A program made the translations under genes and the position numbers. This document shows positions 16,443-16,983 of a stretch of DNA of 16,983 nucleotides, piece by piece (position 1 is the first letter of the stretch; every line of letters starts with the position of its first letter). Below the pieces are notes generated by a model. It saw only the letters and a list, made by a program, of their open reading frames with translations, was not told where the DNA came from and did no database searches. The stretch spans positions 1 to 16,983 of the forward strand of contig JBEKHC010000103.1 in the NCBI GenBank assembly GCA_050012475.1, read 5' to 3'. Origin of the DNA: Candidatus Velthaea sp. GTDB taxonomy: Bacteria > Vulcanimicrobiota > Vulcanimicrobiia > Vulcanimicrobiales > Vulcanimicrobiaceae.

Positions 16443-16615
16443 CCGCGCGACCACGCACTGATCCGCCTTCTGTATGCCTACTGTATAACGGTGGACTGCG
16501 GGTGTCGGAGCTAGTGCTAGTCACCCTCCGCTGGCGCAACCTCGTGGACGGCAGCGTGAATGTCACCGGCAAGGGCGGCAAGACCCGAGTGGTGCGACTC
16601 TCGCGCGGCACGTAG
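16443..16615 (+). pseudogene. Tyrosine recombinase (XerC/D or integrase family) fragment, frameshifted and truncated
   Basis: One frame gives PRDHALIRLLY (16443-16475); another continues LLYNGGLRVSELV...LRWRNL...VTGKGGKTRVVRL. This covers the catalytic Arg box and GKGxK Lys loop only, with no HxxR or catalytic Tyr, and stops at 16613-16615. Confidence 0.82.
16465..16486 (+). repeat. 11-bp tandem duplication causing the recombinase frameshift
   Basis: GCCTTCTGTAT (16465-16475) is followed by GCCTACTGTAT (16476-16486), one mismatch. Confidence 0.8.
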
Positions 16616-16716
16616 CGGTCTCTGCCTTCAATGATGGCAACCGACAGTCTCGTGCGGCGCGTCAAATACGAGCCACCGCTAGTGGATTTTTCCGCAGACG
16701 GGTCGAATGTCTAGAC

Positions 16717-16971
16717 ATGCAACCCCTAGACGAATTTCAGTCACTGGTGCAGGCCGACGCACGGGAAGTCGCTCAGCGCAGCCTGCGGTACCGCTTTGGT
16801 CGCCTAAGCAACATGCGCATCCTAAGCGTCTTACGCCCAGCGGCCAACAAAGTCGACGGACTGCGCCGGCTTTCCGATTCCGAGCTCCTCGATCGGTGGT
16901 TCGTCGAATTCGGCCGGCTCCGCAGCGAAATGCAGCGCCCTGCCCGGGAGCCTGCTAGACGGCAGGGGTGA
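16717..16971 (+). CDS. Hypothetical protein, 84 aa
   Basis: ATG-started ORF with protein-like, amphipathic helical composition; no clear SD and no recognised family. Confidence 0.4.
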   Translation: MQPLDEFQSLVQADAREVAQRSLRYRFGRLSNMRILSVLRPAANKVDGLRRLSDSELLDRWFVEFGRLRSEMQRPAREPARRQG

Positions 16972-16983
16972 TTCGCCCAAGAC

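Noticed and set aside
16313..16615. Intact 100-aa small recombinase gene
   Set aside because: The first half of the ORF is out-of-frame sequence; the real homology switches frames and lacks the HxxR and Tyr catalytic region.
16707..16958. Alternative 83-aa ORF overlapping 16717-16971
   Set aside because: Arg/Pro/Ser-rich, shadow-like composition; the 16717 frame is more protein-like.
1..16983. CRISPR array, tRNA, rRNA, glycine riboswitch or intact IS element
   Set aside because: No spaced repeats, RNA-gene signatures or transposase motifs seen. Any glycine riboswitch would lie upstream of the gcv operon, outside the window.

Overview
High-GC bacterial chromosomal window; all credible genes are on the + strand. 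Left (1-8784), housekeeping: split glycine-cleavage P protein (gcvPA 5'-truncated, gcvPB), then a genome-maintenance block of Nudix hydrolase, scpA, scpB, a stripped-down RecG-like SF2 helicase with an atypical DDVN motif II, a SAM methyltransferase, endonuclease IV and dinB. Middle (8785-9383): a stand-alone two-gene cassette encoding bacteriochlorophyll-binding light-harvesting beta and alpha polypeptides of the Chloroflexus/Roseiflexus type, with its own candidate promoter and a long 3' hairpin. No reaction-centre or bch genes lie nearby, and both chains have remodelled C-termini (beta lacks the WxPW tryptophans and ends in His; alpha has a shifted Trp, an extra His and a Thr-rich tail). 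This is the best candidate for something new and implies an anoxygenic phototroph host (Eremiobacterota/Vulcanimicrobiota or Chloroflexota; an inference). Right (9424-16361): five genes linked by 4-nt overlaps, a TerY-P triad (vWA, PP2C-like phosphatase, YegI-like kinase) followed by a heterodimeric IrtAB/YbtPQ-like ABC transporter whose two signature motifs are both non-canonical. The window ends in a decayed tyrosine-recombinase fragment and a CTAG-rich stretch with a small unknown ORF. All family assignments come from motif recognition by eye; no searches were run.
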